From: Chthonomonadales bacterium
GTDB lineage: Bacteria; Armatimonadota; Chthonomonadetes; Chthonomonadales; CAJBBX01
Assembly (NCBI GenBank): GCA_049967475.1
Contig: JBMFSQ010000009.1
Coordinates: 1-48,221 of the forward strand
DNA length: 48,221 nt
Direction of reading: 5' to 3'
The translations under genes and the position numbers were made by a program. Positions 17,722 to 28,173 of the stretch are shown here, in pieces. Each line of letters begins with the position of its first letter. The first letter of the stretch is position 1. The notes under the pieces were generated by a model, which saw nothing but the letters and a program-made list of their open reading frames with translations, was not told the origin of the DNA and ran no database searches.

Positions 17722-20700
17722 GTGAAGTTGCAGAGCCTCCACATCGTGGGCTTCAAAACCTTTGCAGACCGCACAATCGTGGAACCCGGCTCCGGCATAA
17801 CAGCCATCGTGGGACCCAACGGAAGCGGCAAGTCCAATATCGCCGATGCCCTGCTGTGGGTTCTGGGCGAGCAGAACCCTCGATTGCTCCGGGCGTGCGA
17901 CGCAAAGGATATCATCTTCGCCGGCTGCAAGACGCGCAAGCCGCTGGGCATGGCCGAGGTGCGCATCGTCCTCGATAACTCCGATATGGCCCTGCCCATC
18001 CAGGCTGCCGAGGTCACGGTAACGCGCCGCATCTTCCGGTCTGGTGAAGCGCAATATCTCATCAACAACAGCCCCTGCCGCCTGAAAGATGTAACCGACC
18101 TGTTCCTGGATACCGGCGCGGGCCGTGGAGCCTATTCCATCGTCGGTCAGGGCGAGATAGACGCCGTCCTCTCCGCTCGGCCCGAGGAGCGGCGCGAACT
18201 CTTTGAGGAAGCAGCCGGCATCAAAAAATACCGCACTCGAAAGCGCGAAGCTCTTCGCAGGCTCGAGGCCGCCGAAGCCAACCTCGTGCGCATCGGCGAT
18301 ATCCTCGTTGAACTGGAACAGCAGCGGGAACCCTTGGCTCAGCAGGCCGACGCCGCGCGGCGGTACAACGCCCTAACCGAGCGCCTCCACACCATCGAAC
18401 TGGAGGTCCTATTGGCGGAAGCCGGCCGGGCACAAGCCGAACTGGCAACGCTCCGCAACAGGCGCGAACGAACCGGCGAGGCCGTAGCAGATCTCGACGC
18501 CCGCCTCGCCATCCTGGAAAGGGAGAGCGAAAGCGCGGGCCATGAACTCGCCCAGGCCGAGCACGAACAGGACGCCGCAGCCCTTTCACGGCAATCGGCC
18601 CTCACCACCCTGGAGCGCCTGGAAAGCCGCCTCCACCTAACGCAGGAACGCGCCGGCAACGCGCAGGCTGCTGCAGAACGGATGGACCGCGAACTGGCCG
18701 AACTGAAGCAGCGCCAAGCCACAATCCAAAATGAGCTGCAAAGCACACTTGCCGAACTCGATGCCGGCGCCGCGCTCTCGGCCAGATACGAACAGGAGTA
18801 CGAAGCGGCTCAGGCCGAAGTACGCCGCCTGGATGAATTGGCGTTCCAGGCTCAATCCTACCTCGAAGAGGTTCGGACGCAACAGGCGCGCAGCGCCCGG
18901 CAACAGGCAGAGGCCCGAGCCGCCGCCGAGGCCGCCAGAGCGCGGCTGGAGGAGATGGACCGGCGGATCGGAGAGCTGGAAGACCTTCTGCGCGCCTTCG
19001 GCGCCGAGCACCGGAGGGCAGACGAAGCAGCCGCCGCTCTGGCTGCTCGCGAACAGGAGCTGGCAGCGGAACACGCCGCACTCCGCCTGCGCAGGGAGGA
19101 ACTGGCCGGCGCGTACGCCGCCAGGCAAAGCGCGCTCGCCGAGGCAAACAAGCAACTGGAAGCGACCCAGAGGCGCCTTACAGAAGTGTCCACACGCCTC
19201 TCCGTTCTCCAGGAAACGCACGCTGCGGGCGAGGGCCTCTATCAAGGCGTGCGTGCCGTACTGAAGGCTCAGCGCGAGGGGCAGGTGAGAGGCAATTTCC
19301 GTCCGATTGTGGACGTGCTGAGCGTGCCGGCAGAATACCGAACCGCAATCGAGATTGCTCTTGGCCCGGCGATGCAGGATTTGGTATGTTCGTCCGGCGA
19401 CGAGGCGCGCCAAGCCATCGAATGGCTCAAACGCACGAGATCAGGACGGGCTACTTTTCTCCCTCTGGACCTCCTGTCACCCCAGCAGCCGCTCCGGCAG
19501 GATCACCTGCAGTCCTTCAGCGGGGTGGTGGGGATCGCCTCGAGCCTGGTAGCCTTCGACGCCCAGTTCAAGCCTGCTGTAGACCTCCTTTTGGGCCGAA
19601 CGATTGTTGCGCGGGACCTTTCCTCGGCCATCGAGGCTGCCAGAAGCATTCGAGGGTGGAACCGCCTTGTAACCTTGGAGGGAGAACTCATAACTCCCGG
19701 AGGGGCCATTACGGGCGGGTCCGCAGCCGATCGGGGCGTGCACCTAGTGGCGCGCAAAGGCGAGATGGATGACTTGGCCCACGCAATCCGCAACCTGGAA
19801 CAGGAAGCGAACAGCCTTGCCCACGCGTCGGCGCAAGCACACGAGCATTTCCTAAAAGCCGAGGCAGATTTGAAGGCTTGCGAGGAGGCTCTTGCCCGGT
19901 GCAATGTGCGTCGCGCCGAATTGGCAACCGAGTTGCAAGGCGCGCAACGGGAGCGCGAGAGCCTCGCAGCGCGCGTACTCGACGTGCAAAGAGAGGCGGA
20001 CCGGCTCCGCAACACCCGCCGGGCTCTCAGCGACGAGCTTCACTCCCTCGCAGGGCGAGCTGCCTCACCCGATGCCGGCAGCGATGAAAAAGCAGCACCC
20101 CTGGAAGCAGCACAAGAACAGCATCGAGCCCTGCTAAGCGCTGCCGAGGACGCGCGGCGGCGCCTTGGCCGCATAGAGGTTGAGCGTGCAAGAACAGCAG
20201 AGCAATACAGAGCCCTCCAAGCCAACGGCGAACGCCTCCGGCTTGCCCTGAAGGATGTGGAAAACCGCATCGGCGTTATCGAACGGGAGCGCCAGACCGC
20301 CGTACAGAACCTGGAACAGGCCAGGATCGCCGCAGCCGCGATCACCTCAGAACGATCCGAAGCTCAAACGCTCTTGGCGCAATACCAAAACCAATGGACG
20401 TTCTGGCGGGACCGCCGCCAGGCGCTTCTTGCGGAGAACTATCAGCGGTCGGCTTCCATGAAGGAAGCGCGCACACGCCGCACCGAGATCGCTGAGGAAA
20501 TGCACGCAACCGATCTGCAGATTGCGCGGGTGGAGGCACGCTTGGCACAGATTCTGGAGCGATTGGCGGAGGAGTATAGCATCTCGAAAGAAGAAGCTCT
20601 GAACCGCAGGGTTGATGCCGCTCCCGGCCAAACTGCTCGGGAGATCGCCGCGCTCCGCCGTGAGATCAAAGCCATGGGCCAGGTGAATACCGGCGCTCTG

Positions 20701-21327
20701 GAGGAGTATGACCGCCTATCCCAACGCCTGACCTTCCTGACAGAGCAACGCGACGACCTGGAGAAGGCCCGCAAATCCCTCACGGCAACGATATCCGAGA
20801 TAGACGCCAACAGCCGCACCCTCTTCCTAGACACATTTCAGGCCGTGTCCCAGCAATTTGAGGCTCTGTTCCGGCGGCTCTTCCGCGGAGGTACGGCGCG
20901 CGTCACTCTCACCGACGCCGGTGATCCTCTAGAAGCAGGTATCGAAATCGTTGCCCAGCCGCCCGGCAAGGCCCTTCAGCCGCTGTCCCTCTTGTCGGGA
21001 GGAGAACGGGCCCTCACCGCTCTGGCCCTCCTGTTCAGCTTCCTGGCAGTGCGCCCCAGCCCATTCTGCATTCTCGATGAAGTGGATGCCGCCCTGGACG
21101 GCACCAACGTGGAGCACTTCGCCCAGCTCCTGAGGGATTTCTCCGCATCCATCCAATTCCTGGTGATCACACACAATCCCACAACGATCGCCTGCGCCGA
21201 TCGCTGGTACGGCGTCACCATGGAGGAACCAGGCGTGTCCAGAGTACTCCATTACCGCGTACCTCCATTTGAAGCATCTCCCCCGGCCGAAGAACCCGCC
21301 CGCTCGGCAGCAAACCTCCTATCCTAG
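17722..21327 (+). CDS. smc: chromosome segregation protein SMC
   Basis: GFKTF, Walker A GPNGSGKSN, long coiled coils, hinge (GRATFLPLD, VTLEGE..PGGAITGG), LSGGE, Walker B ILDEVDAALD, ITH. Confidence 0.97.
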   Translation: MKLQSLHIVGFKTFADRTIVEPGSGITAIVGPNGSGKSNIADALLWVLGEQNPRLLRACDAKDIIFAGCKTRKPLGMAEVRIVLDNSDMALPIQAAEVTVTRRIFRSGEAQYLINNSPCRLKDVTDLFLDTGAGRGAYSIVGQGEIDAVLSARPEERRELFEEAAGIKKYRTRKREALRRLEAAEANLVRIGDILVELEQQREPLAQQADAARRYNALTERLHTIELEVLLAEAGRAQAELATLRNRRERTGEAVADLDARLAILERESESAGHELAQAEHEQDAAALSRQSALTTLERLESRLHLTQERAGNAQAAAERMDRELAELKQRQATIQNELQSTLAELDAGAALSARYEQEYEAAQAEVRRLDELAFQAQSYLEEVRTQQARSARQQAEARAAAEAARARLEEMDRRIGELEDLLRAFGAEHRRADEAAAALAAREQELAAEHAALRLRREELAGAYAARQSALAEANKQLEATQRRLTEVSTRLSVLQETHAAGEGLYQGVRAVLKAQREGQVRGNFRPIVDVLSVPAEYRTAIEIALGPAMQDLVCSSGDEARQAIEWLKRTRSGRATFLPLDLLSPQQPLRQDHLQSFSGVVGIASSLVAFDAQFKPAVDLLLGRTIVARDLSSAIEAARSIRGWNRLVTLEGELITPGGAITGGSAADRGVHLVARKGEMDDLAHAIRNLEQEANSLAHASAQAHEHFLKAEADLKACEEALARCNVRRAELATELQGAQRERESLAARVLDVQREADRLRNTRRALSDELHSLAGRAASPDAGSDEKAAPLEAAQEQHRALLSAAEDARRRLGRIEVERARTAEQYRALQANGERLRLALKDVENRIGVIERERQTAVQNLEQARIAAAAITSERSEAQTLLAQYQNQWTFWRDRRQALLAENYQRSASMKEARTRRTEIAEEMHATDLQIARVEARLAQILERLAEEYSISKEEALNRRVDAAPGQTAREIAALRREIKAMGQVNTGALEEYDRLSQRLTFLTEQRDDLEKARKSLTATISEIDANSRTLFLDTFQAVSQQFEALFRRLFRGGTARVTLTDAGDPLEAGIEIVAQPPGKALQPLSLLSGGERALTALALLFSFLAVRPSPFCILDEVDAALDGTNVEHFAQLLRDFSASIQFLVITHNPTTIACADRWYGVTMEEPGVSRVLHYRVPPFEASPPAEEPARSAANLLS

Positions 21328-21437
21328 GGCAGGCGCATCCGTTAGGTGTCCAGGAACTTGCCCCAGCGTGTCCCAGCTAGGGAGGGGGCGCGCATCTTTG
21401 TGCCGAACTGGCCTGCAATACAATGCAGGGGGTCGCT

Positions 21438-22508
21438 ATGGAGAACCATACGAGCAAGATACGCATCGGCTTCGTAGGCGTCGGCGCCATGGGCCAGTGC
21501 GCTCATCTGCGGAATTACGTGCTCATGCCGGATTGCCAGGTGGTGGCCATCGCAGAGGTAAAACCGCGGTTGAGGGAACTGGTGCAAGCCCGCTACGGGA
21601 TCCCCAGATCTTATGCATCCCACGAAGAGATGCTGGCCAATGAAGCTTTGGACGGCATTGTAGCCGCGCAGCCCTTCACGCGTCACGGGACGCTCATCCC
21701 ACAATTGCTGGCCGCCGGCAAACCGGTGTTCATCGAGAAGCCGCTGGCAGCATCCATCCCCATGGGCCGTCGCATCGTAGAAGCGGCGCGCGCGAACGGC
21801 ACATGGGTCATGGTGGGATATCACAAACGCAGTGACCCCGCGACGATGGAGGCCCGTTCCCGCATCCTTGCGCTCAAAGAGAGCGGCGCGGCAGGAAAGC
21901 TCACCTACGTCCGCATCACCATGCCCGCCGGTGACTGGATCGCATCGGGCTTCGATGGCCTCATCACAACGGATGAGCCCGCTCCTCCCCTCGATTGGGA
22001 CGCTCCACCTGCGGACATGGATCCCAAAACGTACGAAGCCTACGTGTCCTTCGTGAACTACTACATCCATCAGGTGAACTTGTTGCGATACCTGTTGAAT
22101 GAGCCCTACCGAGTCACCTATGCAGATCGCTCAGGCGTCCTCCTGGTGGGTGAAGCCCAAAGCGGCATTCCATGCATCATCGAAATGTCGCCCTACACCA
22201 CCACGATAGACTGGCAGGAGCGCGCCTTCGTAGCCTTCGAGCATGCCACCCTTACTCTGGACCTTCCCGCGCCCCTCGCACAGAACCGGCCAGGGCGGCT
22301 GGAACTATTCGAAGATGTTCCTGGCTCGAAGCCTGTGCGCACGTGCCCGCAACTGCCGTGGGTTCATGCCATGAAGCAGCAAGCGGCCAACTTCATCGCG
22401 GCAATCCGCGGGTTGCGGCCGGCGCCATGCCTGGCAGAAGAGGCCCTACTCGATCTGGAAGTTGCTCGCGACGCCGTGCAGATGCGAACCTCGCAAGCCC
22501 AGGCGTAG
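21438..22508 (+). CDS. Gfo/Idh/MocA family oxidoreductase
   Basis: IRIGFVGVGAMG Rossmann motif, GKPVFIEKPLA, MVGYHKR. Confidence 0.92.
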   Translation: MENHTSKIRIGFVGVGAMGQCAHLRNYVLMPDCQVVAIAEVKPRLRELVQARYGIPRSYASHEEMLANEALDGIVAAQPFTRHGTLIPQLLAAGKPVFIEKPLAASIPMGRRIVEAARANGTWVMVGYHKRSDPATMEARSRILALKESGAAGKLTYVRITMPAGDWIASGFDGLITTDEPAPPLDWDAPPADMDPKTYEAYVSFVNYYIHQVNLLRYLLNEPYRVTYADRSGVLLVGEAQSGIPCIIEMSPYTTTIDWQERAFVAFEHATLTLDLPAPLAQNRPGRLELFEDVPGSKPVRTCPQLPWVHAMKQQAANFIAAIRGLRPAPCLAEEALLDLEVARDAVQMRTSQAQA

Positions 22509-22544
22509 AGCGTACGCTTCTGCCTGCGCCGCCCCATCATCGCC

Positions 22545-22612
22545 CACCCGGCCGAAATCGGCGTGCTCGCGCAACCCCACGAAAGTGCGGTGTTCGGCCG
22601 GTGTCTGTTTGT
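22545..22612 (+). terminator. long stem-loop after Gfo gene, possible terminator
   Basis: CCGGCCGAA (22548-22556) pairs with TTCGGCCGG (22593-22601), enclosing CAC-GAAA-GTG; followed by TCTGTTTGT. Confidence 0.35.
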
Positions 22613-22800
22613 ACTGATTGAAGCGGATCCCATCTCAGAACGGTCCTGCGGCCCGCACTCAGCCCCATTGCAATCTGCGCCCCTGCGTGAAGCGGTCAGG
22701 ACACTCTCCGGCTTCCATCCGCCCGCATCCGGGAGCTGCCACGCCCCTGTTTCTTTTGCGGGTTTGCGCCGATAATCCTTGCAGGGTTCGCCAGCAAGCG

Positions 22801-23889
22801 ATGTTGACGCAAGCATCCATTCCATCCTGGTATCGCGCCACAGAAATCCTGTCTGCAGATTACAGCCTGGCGTCTTTCCGAGCCTGGGATCTGCGATCGG
22901 GAGAAGAGGTGGTTCTCCATGTGTTCCGGCAGGGTCATGCCGCGGGAACCGCTGCCGGGATCGCAGATACGTTGGGACGCCTCCACAACCTTCCAGTCGC
23001 CGGCGTTGCGCCGGTGAGGGACGCGGGCACGTACAATGGCTGCGCGTATACCGCCCGCGCCTTCGTGCCAGGCGAACCGCTCGAGGCGCGCCTCCTCCGG
23101 GGACCGGTCCTGAGCCCCCGGGAGGCCGTCCAAATCTACTCTGCGGTGTCTTCTGCTCTCACGAGACTGCATGAGCGGTCCATCAATCACGGTTCGCTTA
23201 CCTGCCGCAATGTGATCCTGGCTTCCCGCGGCGGCATCGTGGTTACGGATCCGCTGATCCGCCGAACTGCGGCGCGCTTCGCCCTTGGGAATACTCCTTG
23301 CAGGTGGGAAGACCCAGCAAGCCTCCAGAGCGACGAAGCGGCCCTGCTCCGCCTCCGCGCAGAGTTGGCCGCTGCCGCCATGCGGTGGCCCCTTAATAGG
23401 GAAGAACTCCCGAGAAACGAAATGCCTCCCGCACAACTGTTTCAGATGGTGTGGCGGCCCGCGGCAATCATTGGCCTCTGCGCCGGATTGGGGACTGTAA
23501 CCGGGTTGGCCAATCCGGAACCTCCCCTCGCTGCGGCGGCACATCCGACAGCCGAGGTCCAAAAAGTCCGCGCAACCGCAATGAACAGAGAAGCGGCTCC
23601 GGGTGAGCGCCTGGTGCATTTGCGCGGGCTCGAAGCGGCGCTGCTTCCTGAAGTGGCGGGATATCTGAACCTTACCAACGGGCAGCGCGATGCGTTGCAG
23701 CAGATACTGGAGGAAAGCCGCCGGCAAGTAACTGTTTTGGTGGAGAGTGCAGCAGCAACAGAGGGGACTGTGCCTCCCCTGCTGATGCGCGCCGTGCGAG
23801 AGCGCTCGGAAGCACACTTCATGGACACCCTAACATCTGCGCAGCAATCCCGTTGGCGGCTTCTGCGCCTATCTCCGCCGCAGCGCTGA
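22801..23889 (+). CDS. Ser/Thr kinase-like pseudokinase + TM helix + LTxxQ (Spy/CpxP-like) domain
   Basis: Hanks-kinase N-lobe layout (FRAWDLRSGEEVVLH, VAPVRDAG, FVPGEPL, ALTRLHERSINHGSLTCRNVIL, VVTDP) with catalytic residues lost; TM AAIIGLCAGLGTVTGLA; LNLTNGQR and LTSAQQSRW. Confidence 0.7.
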   Translation: MLTQASIPSWYRATEILSADYSLASFRAWDLRSGEEVVLHVFRQGHAAGTAAGIADTLGRLHNLPVAGVAPVRDAGTYNGCAYTARAFVPGEPLEARLLRGPVLSPREAVQIYSAVSSALTRLHERSINHGSLTCRNVILASRGGIVVTDPLIRRTAARFALGNTPCRWEDPASLQSDEAALLRLRAELAAAAMRWPLNREELPRNEMPPAQLFQMVWRPAAIIGLCAGLGTVTGLANPEPPLAAAAHPTAEVQKVRATAMNREAAPGERLVHLRGLEAALLPEVAGYLNLTNGQRDALQQILEESRRQVTVLVESAAATEGTVPPLLMRAVRERSEAHFMDTLTSAQQSRWRLLRLSPPQR

Positions 23890-23987
23890 GATCCGGTTGT
23901 GGGGCAGACACCCGTTATGGCGTCAGGACACATGCCATCTATGCATCCAAGACCCTGCCGGAGCTTCCGGCCTTAAGGAGACGGCCC

Positions 23988-24701
23988 ATGAACAAAGAAC
24001 CTGCAAAGCTAATCGCGGATTTTCCTAGGGCAGTGCGCGGGTATCTGCCCTCGGCAGTTGATGAGTTCGTGGCGCACATGGGCGCCCGTCTAACGAGTTT
24101 ACAGGCGGAGCTCGACCGCCAAACATCCCGCGCCGACACCCTGCAATCCGAACTCGCGGATGCAAAGGCCGAGTTGGCCAAGTTGCGCGAGAAGGAACAA
24201 CTCATTACAAGCGCAGTTTTGAGTGCCGAGCATACCCGGCAGACAGCTCGTGCGGAGGCAGACGCGATCCGCAAAGCGGCCGACGATGCATCCAAGCAGA
24301 TGTACGCCGAGGCCCGGGCTGCCAAGGAGGATGCAGCGCGCAAGGTGGAGCATATGCTGGCCGAGGCGGAAGCGCAAGCCCAGGCCATCGAAGCGAAGGC
24401 CCGAGAAGCTGCCGATGCGATCATGGAACAGGCGAAAGCCAGTGCACGAGCCATGGAAGCGCAGGCTTCTCAGCGCGCCGAGCAGATCATTGCAGAAGCC
24501 CATCAACGGGCCGAGGATGCTGCCTCTCGGTTGGCCCACGACACGAGCCAAATGGAGATGGCCCTGCGCACGCTCCGAATGGAATACGCGGATACCATTC
24601 AGTACGTGCGTGCAGCGCTTCAGGCACAACTGGAGGCTCTTCCTCCAGCCGAGGGACCAGCCGGGGTTGGTGGACGCAAATCTGTGCCCAAAGCGGCGTA
24701 G
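23988..24701 (+). CDS. DivIVA domain coiled-coil protein
   Basis: AAGGAG RBS; FPRAVRGYLPSAVDEFV matches the DivIVA F..xxRGY....VD.F motif; Ala/Glu-rich coiled coil follows. Confidence 0.85.
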   Translation: MNKEPAKLIADFPRAVRGYLPSAVDEFVAHMGARLTSLQAELDRQTSRADTLQSELADAKAELAKLREKEQLITSAVLSAEHTRQTARAEADAIRKAADDASKQMYAEARAAKEDAARKVEHMLAEAEAQAQAIEAKAREAADAIMEQAKASARAMEAQASQRAEQIIAEAHQRAEDAASRLAHDTSQMEMALRTLRMEYADTIQYVRAALQAQLEALPPAEGPAGVGGRKSVPKAA

Positions 24702-24987
24702 CCCTTGCCGGAGGCTCCGCTGCAGCCGCTCCCCAGCACCCCATACCTTACGCGGCTGCTCATCCCGGCGCCTCCTGGGCTCTGACTGGCACGTGCCTTC
24801 GGCGCAGTGGCGCGTCCTCCTGAAGAGCGGGGCCGTGGAGGCGGGTTGACACATTGGTGCCGGCCTGCCCCAGGCGCAGCCGCGGTTGGTCCTTCCGAAC
24901 CCTTTGATCGGGTATCATAACACAAAGTACGGCCGGTACCGATGTTCCGGCTTCACCGCATCGTCAGAAGTCGGAGGTTCCGGCCCA

Positions 24988-25560
24988 TTGCTTTTCGCAC
25001 GTCCCAACGTCCTGTGGGCGCTCCTTCTGCCAGCGCCTCTCCTTTGGTTCCTCCAGATCAGCGCGGATCGTAATGCGGCTCGCCCCAGTGACGTGCGCCC
25101 GCGTACAACCCTTAGTCCGGGGATCCGCCACTTGGACCGCGGCGAGCGCATCGCTCGCACGGCGCTTGCCTTTCGGGGTGGCCGCTATGTTTTCGGCGGC
25201 AACGGGCCCCATGGCTTCGACTGCTCCGGGCTCACACAGGCCATCTGCCGGCAGATCGGCCTGGTGCTTCAGCGGACGGCTGCCGAGCAGTTCACCCGCG
25301 GGCTGCCGGTCTCTTTTGAGCACCTCGCGCCGGGAGATCTCGTGTTTTTTCGGAACACGTACAAACGGGGCATCTCTCATGTAGGCATCTACATCGGGGA
25401 AGGCCGCTTCGTCCACGCAGCCAATCGGGAGAAGGGCATCATCGTGTCCTCCCTCTTCGAGCCGTACTACGCGCGGCGACTGGCAGGAGCCCGCCGAATG
25501 GTGACGGCGCCCAACACAAGCACAGGGCGATCCGCCGCGCCGAAGCACAGCAGGGAGTAA
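24988..25560 (+). CDS. NlpC/P60 (C40) cell-wall peptidase
   Basis: YVFGGNGPHGFDCSGL, PGDLVFF, ISHVGIYIGEGRFVHA. TTG start chosen after GGAGG. Confidence 0.92.
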   Translation: MLFARPNVLWALLLPAPLLWFLQISADRNAARPSDVRPRTTLSPGIRHLDRGERIARTALAFRGGRYVFGGNGPHGFDCSGLTQAICRQIGLVLQRTAAEQFTRGLPVSFEHLAPGDLVFFRNTYKRGISHVGIYIGEGRFVHAANREKGIIVSSLFEPYYARRLAGARRMVTAPNTSTGRSAAPKHSRE

Positions 25561-25612
25561 GGCCGCCCCTCGCGAAGTATACGTTGAGCTATCTTTTCGT
25601 AGAGCCCAACCT

Positions 25613-26299
25613 ATGCTGCGCGCTCCAGAAGCCCGGTTCATGGTAGCACTTCTCGCCGCTGCAACCGTCCTTGCGGCGGTGGCAATCCTCCCTGCTTTGC
25701 ACACCCCGTCGGAGCACACCCCCGGCGATCCCGTGGATGTTACAAAGCTCGTGTCCGTGCGCCGCGTCCTCGGCAACGCCAGGCACGCGCGCGGGCCGGC
25801 TCGGTGGGACCTGACGCTTGTGGAGTTCGGCGACTTTCAGTGCCGAACCTGCGCCGAAGCCTTCCCCCAAGTCGAAGCGCTCTTGCGGGCGTTGCCGGCG
25901 ACGCGCTTTGTGTTCCGTCATTGCCCGATCACCCCTTCGCATGCATACGCACGGATGGCTGCGGTCGCCGCAGAAGCTGCGGACCTGCAGCACGGCTTCT
26001 GGCCCATGTACAAAGCCCTGTTTACGGATCAGCCGCAGTGGGCCGCATCGGAAGACCCGCAGAAGGCCCTCTCCACCGTAGCCCGGCTCGCAGGGCTAGA
26101 CGCAGACCGCCTCCAGCGCGACGTTGCAGAGCAACAAGCGCGCCTGAACGCGCGGGTGGACGCCGATATGGCCGACGGCCTCGCCTGTTCGGTACAGCAG
26201 ACCCCCTCCTTCTTCCTCATCACTCCCACTCACATATGGGCGGCAGTGGGACCGCGCGGCCTCCAGCGCCTGCGCGCAGATGCGGCATACTGGCAATGA
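25613..26299 (+). CDS. DsbA-family thioredoxin-like protein
   Basis: N-terminal TM; LVEFGDFQCRTC, FVFRHCP, cis-Pro motif QTPSF. Confidence 0.9.
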   Translation: MLRAPEARFMVALLAAATVLAAVAILPALHTPSEHTPGDPVDVTKLVSVRRVLGNARHARGPARWDLTLVEFGDFQCRTCAEAFPQVEALLRALPATRFVFRHCPITPSHAYARMAAVAAEAADLQHGFWPMYKALFTDQPQWAASEDPQKALSTVARLAGLDADRLQRDVAEQQARLNARVDADMADGLACSVQQTPSFFLITPTHIWAAVGPRGLQRLRADAAYWQ

Positions 26300-27042
26300 A
26301 ATCCGCGCCGATGGCCGCTGCGGCAGCCCTCCTTCTCTCCGCATCCTGCGCCAGGAAAATTGCGCCGGCCTATAAAGGGTCCGCCGCGGCCCCGCCGGCA
26401 ATCACCTTCCAGAACGTAAGCCAAGCCGCAGGACTACGCTTTCGCTTCGCCACCAGCCCCCCCACACGACCCAGAAACATCCTCGAAGTGACGGGAGGAG
26501 GCGCCGGATTCCTGGACTTTGACGGCGACGGCTGGCCGGATATCGTACTCGTTGGAGAACGCGTGGGCCTCTTCCGGAACCTCGGCAACGGAACCTTCCA
26601 GGATGTGTCGTCCCGTTCCGGGATTTCCGTTAAGGGCGCGCTCATGGGGTGCGCCGTTGCAGATTACGATAACGACGGCCGGGTAGACGTTCTCGACAAC
26701 AGCCAGAATATGCCTGCTGCACTCTACCACAATGAGGCACGGGCCGGGCATTTCATCACGCTCCGGCTGGAAGGAACCCGAACCAACCGCGACGGGATAG
26801 GCGCCAAAGTGATCATCGAGGTAGCCGGGAAGCAGGTTCTTGCCGAAGTTAGGGATGGTTCCAGTTATGCATCTACTTCCGACCGGCGCATCCACTTTGG
26901 GCTGGCCTCAAAGCGGTACGTGGAGCGCCTAACGGTCCGCTGGCCCAGCGGTTCGATCCAAACGTTTCACCGGGTCCCCGCCGACCATTTCTATGTGGTG
27001 CGGGAAGATAGCGGCATCGCCCCAGATCCTCGCATTCGATGA
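26296..27042 (+). CDS. CRTAC1/ASPIC-UnbV family lipoprotein, internally shortened (248 aa)
   Basis: ATGA overlap with DsbA stop; lipobox LSASC; only two FG-GAP-like repeats (DFDGDG, DYDNDG), then the ASPIC/UnbV domain (NRDGIGAKV, IHFGL, VRWPSG). Confidence 0.8.
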   Translation: MKSAPMAAAAALLLSASCARKIAPAYKGSAAAPPAITFQNVSQAAGLRFRFATSPPTRPRNILEVTGGGAGFLDFDGDGWPDIVLVGERVGLFRNLGNGTFQDVSSRSGISVKGALMGCAVADYDNDGRVDVLDNSQNMPAALYHNEARAGHFITLRLEGTRTNRDGIGAKVIIEVAGKQVLAEVRDGSSYASTSDRRIHFGLASKRYVERLTVRWPSGSIQTFHRVPADHFYVVREDSGIAPDPRIR

Positions 27043-28160
27043 GCCGAAGACCGGGATATTGGGCACTGGGCATTCCTCTGGCGCTGGGAGCCCTCTTCCT
27101 CGCGGCGCTGCCGCGCATCCGTGAATGGAGCATCAGATCCCGCTCCACTGCAGAGCTCATGGCGCTTGCACTCGAAGATCCGGGCAACGCCGAGATCCAA
27201 TTCGAGCTGGGCCGGAAGCTCCTAGCGGAAAATCACCCCGAAGATGCAGCCCGAGCCTTCGCGGCCGCCTTCGCTGCCCGGCCCCAGCGACCAGACTACG
27301 GAGCCATGCAAATCCGGAGCCTGCTAAGGGCTGGGCTTCCGGCCGAGGCACTGGTTGCAGCAGACACCTACCTACGAAGGAACACCGCGAACCCCCTCCT
27401 TTTGGCCGCTGCGGCCTCGGCCTACTACGCATTGGGGAACCTCGAAGCGGCCGAGGGCGGTTACCGCAAGTCCCTCGCTGCTGCCCCGTCCAACGCCGAC
27501 GCGTGGGCAGGCCTCGCCATGGTTCTGGCGGACATGCACAACCTGCGCGACGCGCTCGATGCTGCCCGCCGCGCAAAGGCCTTGGCGCCCGACATGCCCG
27601 AGGCGGATGTGGCCCTCGCTCATGTAATGGATCTCTCGGGAGATACTGCAAAGGCTATCGCTCTGCTGCGGCACGCGGTGGCCCGCGACCGTGGCTATGT
27701 CCGGGCATGGGAATTCCTCTGTTCCGCCCTGCTTCGTGCGCCCCAATCCCCGGAATTCTGCCGCGATGCCATCCTTCGGGACGCAGAAGCGGCAGCGCCG
27801 CGATCGGCGATCATTCCCTATTGCCGCGGCATCTATTCGATGCAGGCGCGCCATTACGACCAGGCCGTCGCATCCTTCCGTACAGCGCTTCAGAGGAACC
27901 CGGTCTACCCGGATGCCCTCTACAACCTCAGCCTTGCCTACGCATTCTGCGGAGATCGCCGCGCGAGCGCGGTGGCCCGAAGGCGCTTTACCCGCCTCAG
28001 CGGCTATCTGCGAAGGGTGACGGAAATCCAGATCCGCCTCTCTCGTGATCCGCACCAGCCCGCCCTATGGCACACGCTGGAAGAATTGGCCCGCCGGAAT
28101 GGTGACGTGCATCGGGCGGAATACGCACGCATCCGAGGGGAAGCTTTGCATCGCCGGTGA
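27039..28160 (+). CDS. membrane-anchored tetratricopeptide repeat protein
   Basis: N-terminal TM; repeated TPR patterns (DPGNAEIQFELG, APSNADAWAGLA, NPVYPDALYNLSLAY); ATGA overlap. Confidence 0.88.
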   Translation: MSRRPGYWALGIPLALGALFLAALPRIREWSIRSRSTAELMALALEDPGNAEIQFELGRKLLAENHPEDAARAFAAAFAARPQRPDYGAMQIRSLLRAGLPAEALVAADTYLRRNTANPLLLAAAASAYYALGNLEAAEGGYRKSLAAAPSNADAWAGLAMVLADMHNLRDALDAARRAKALAPDMPEADVALAHVMDLSGDTAKAIALLRHAVARDRGYVRAWEFLCSALLRAPQSPEFCRDAILRDAEAAAPRSAIIPYCRGIYSMQARHYDQAVASFRTALQRNPVYPDALYNLSLAYAFCGDRRASAVARRRFTRLSGYLRRVTEIQIRLSRDPHQPALWHTLEELARRNGDVHRAEYARIRGEALHRR

Positions 28161-28173
28161 GGCCGAACGAGCT

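Noticed and set aside
22548..22601. c-di-GMP-I riboswitch (GAAA tetraloop stem)
   Set aside because: Lacks GGCAAACC and GACGCAAA core and the second stem.
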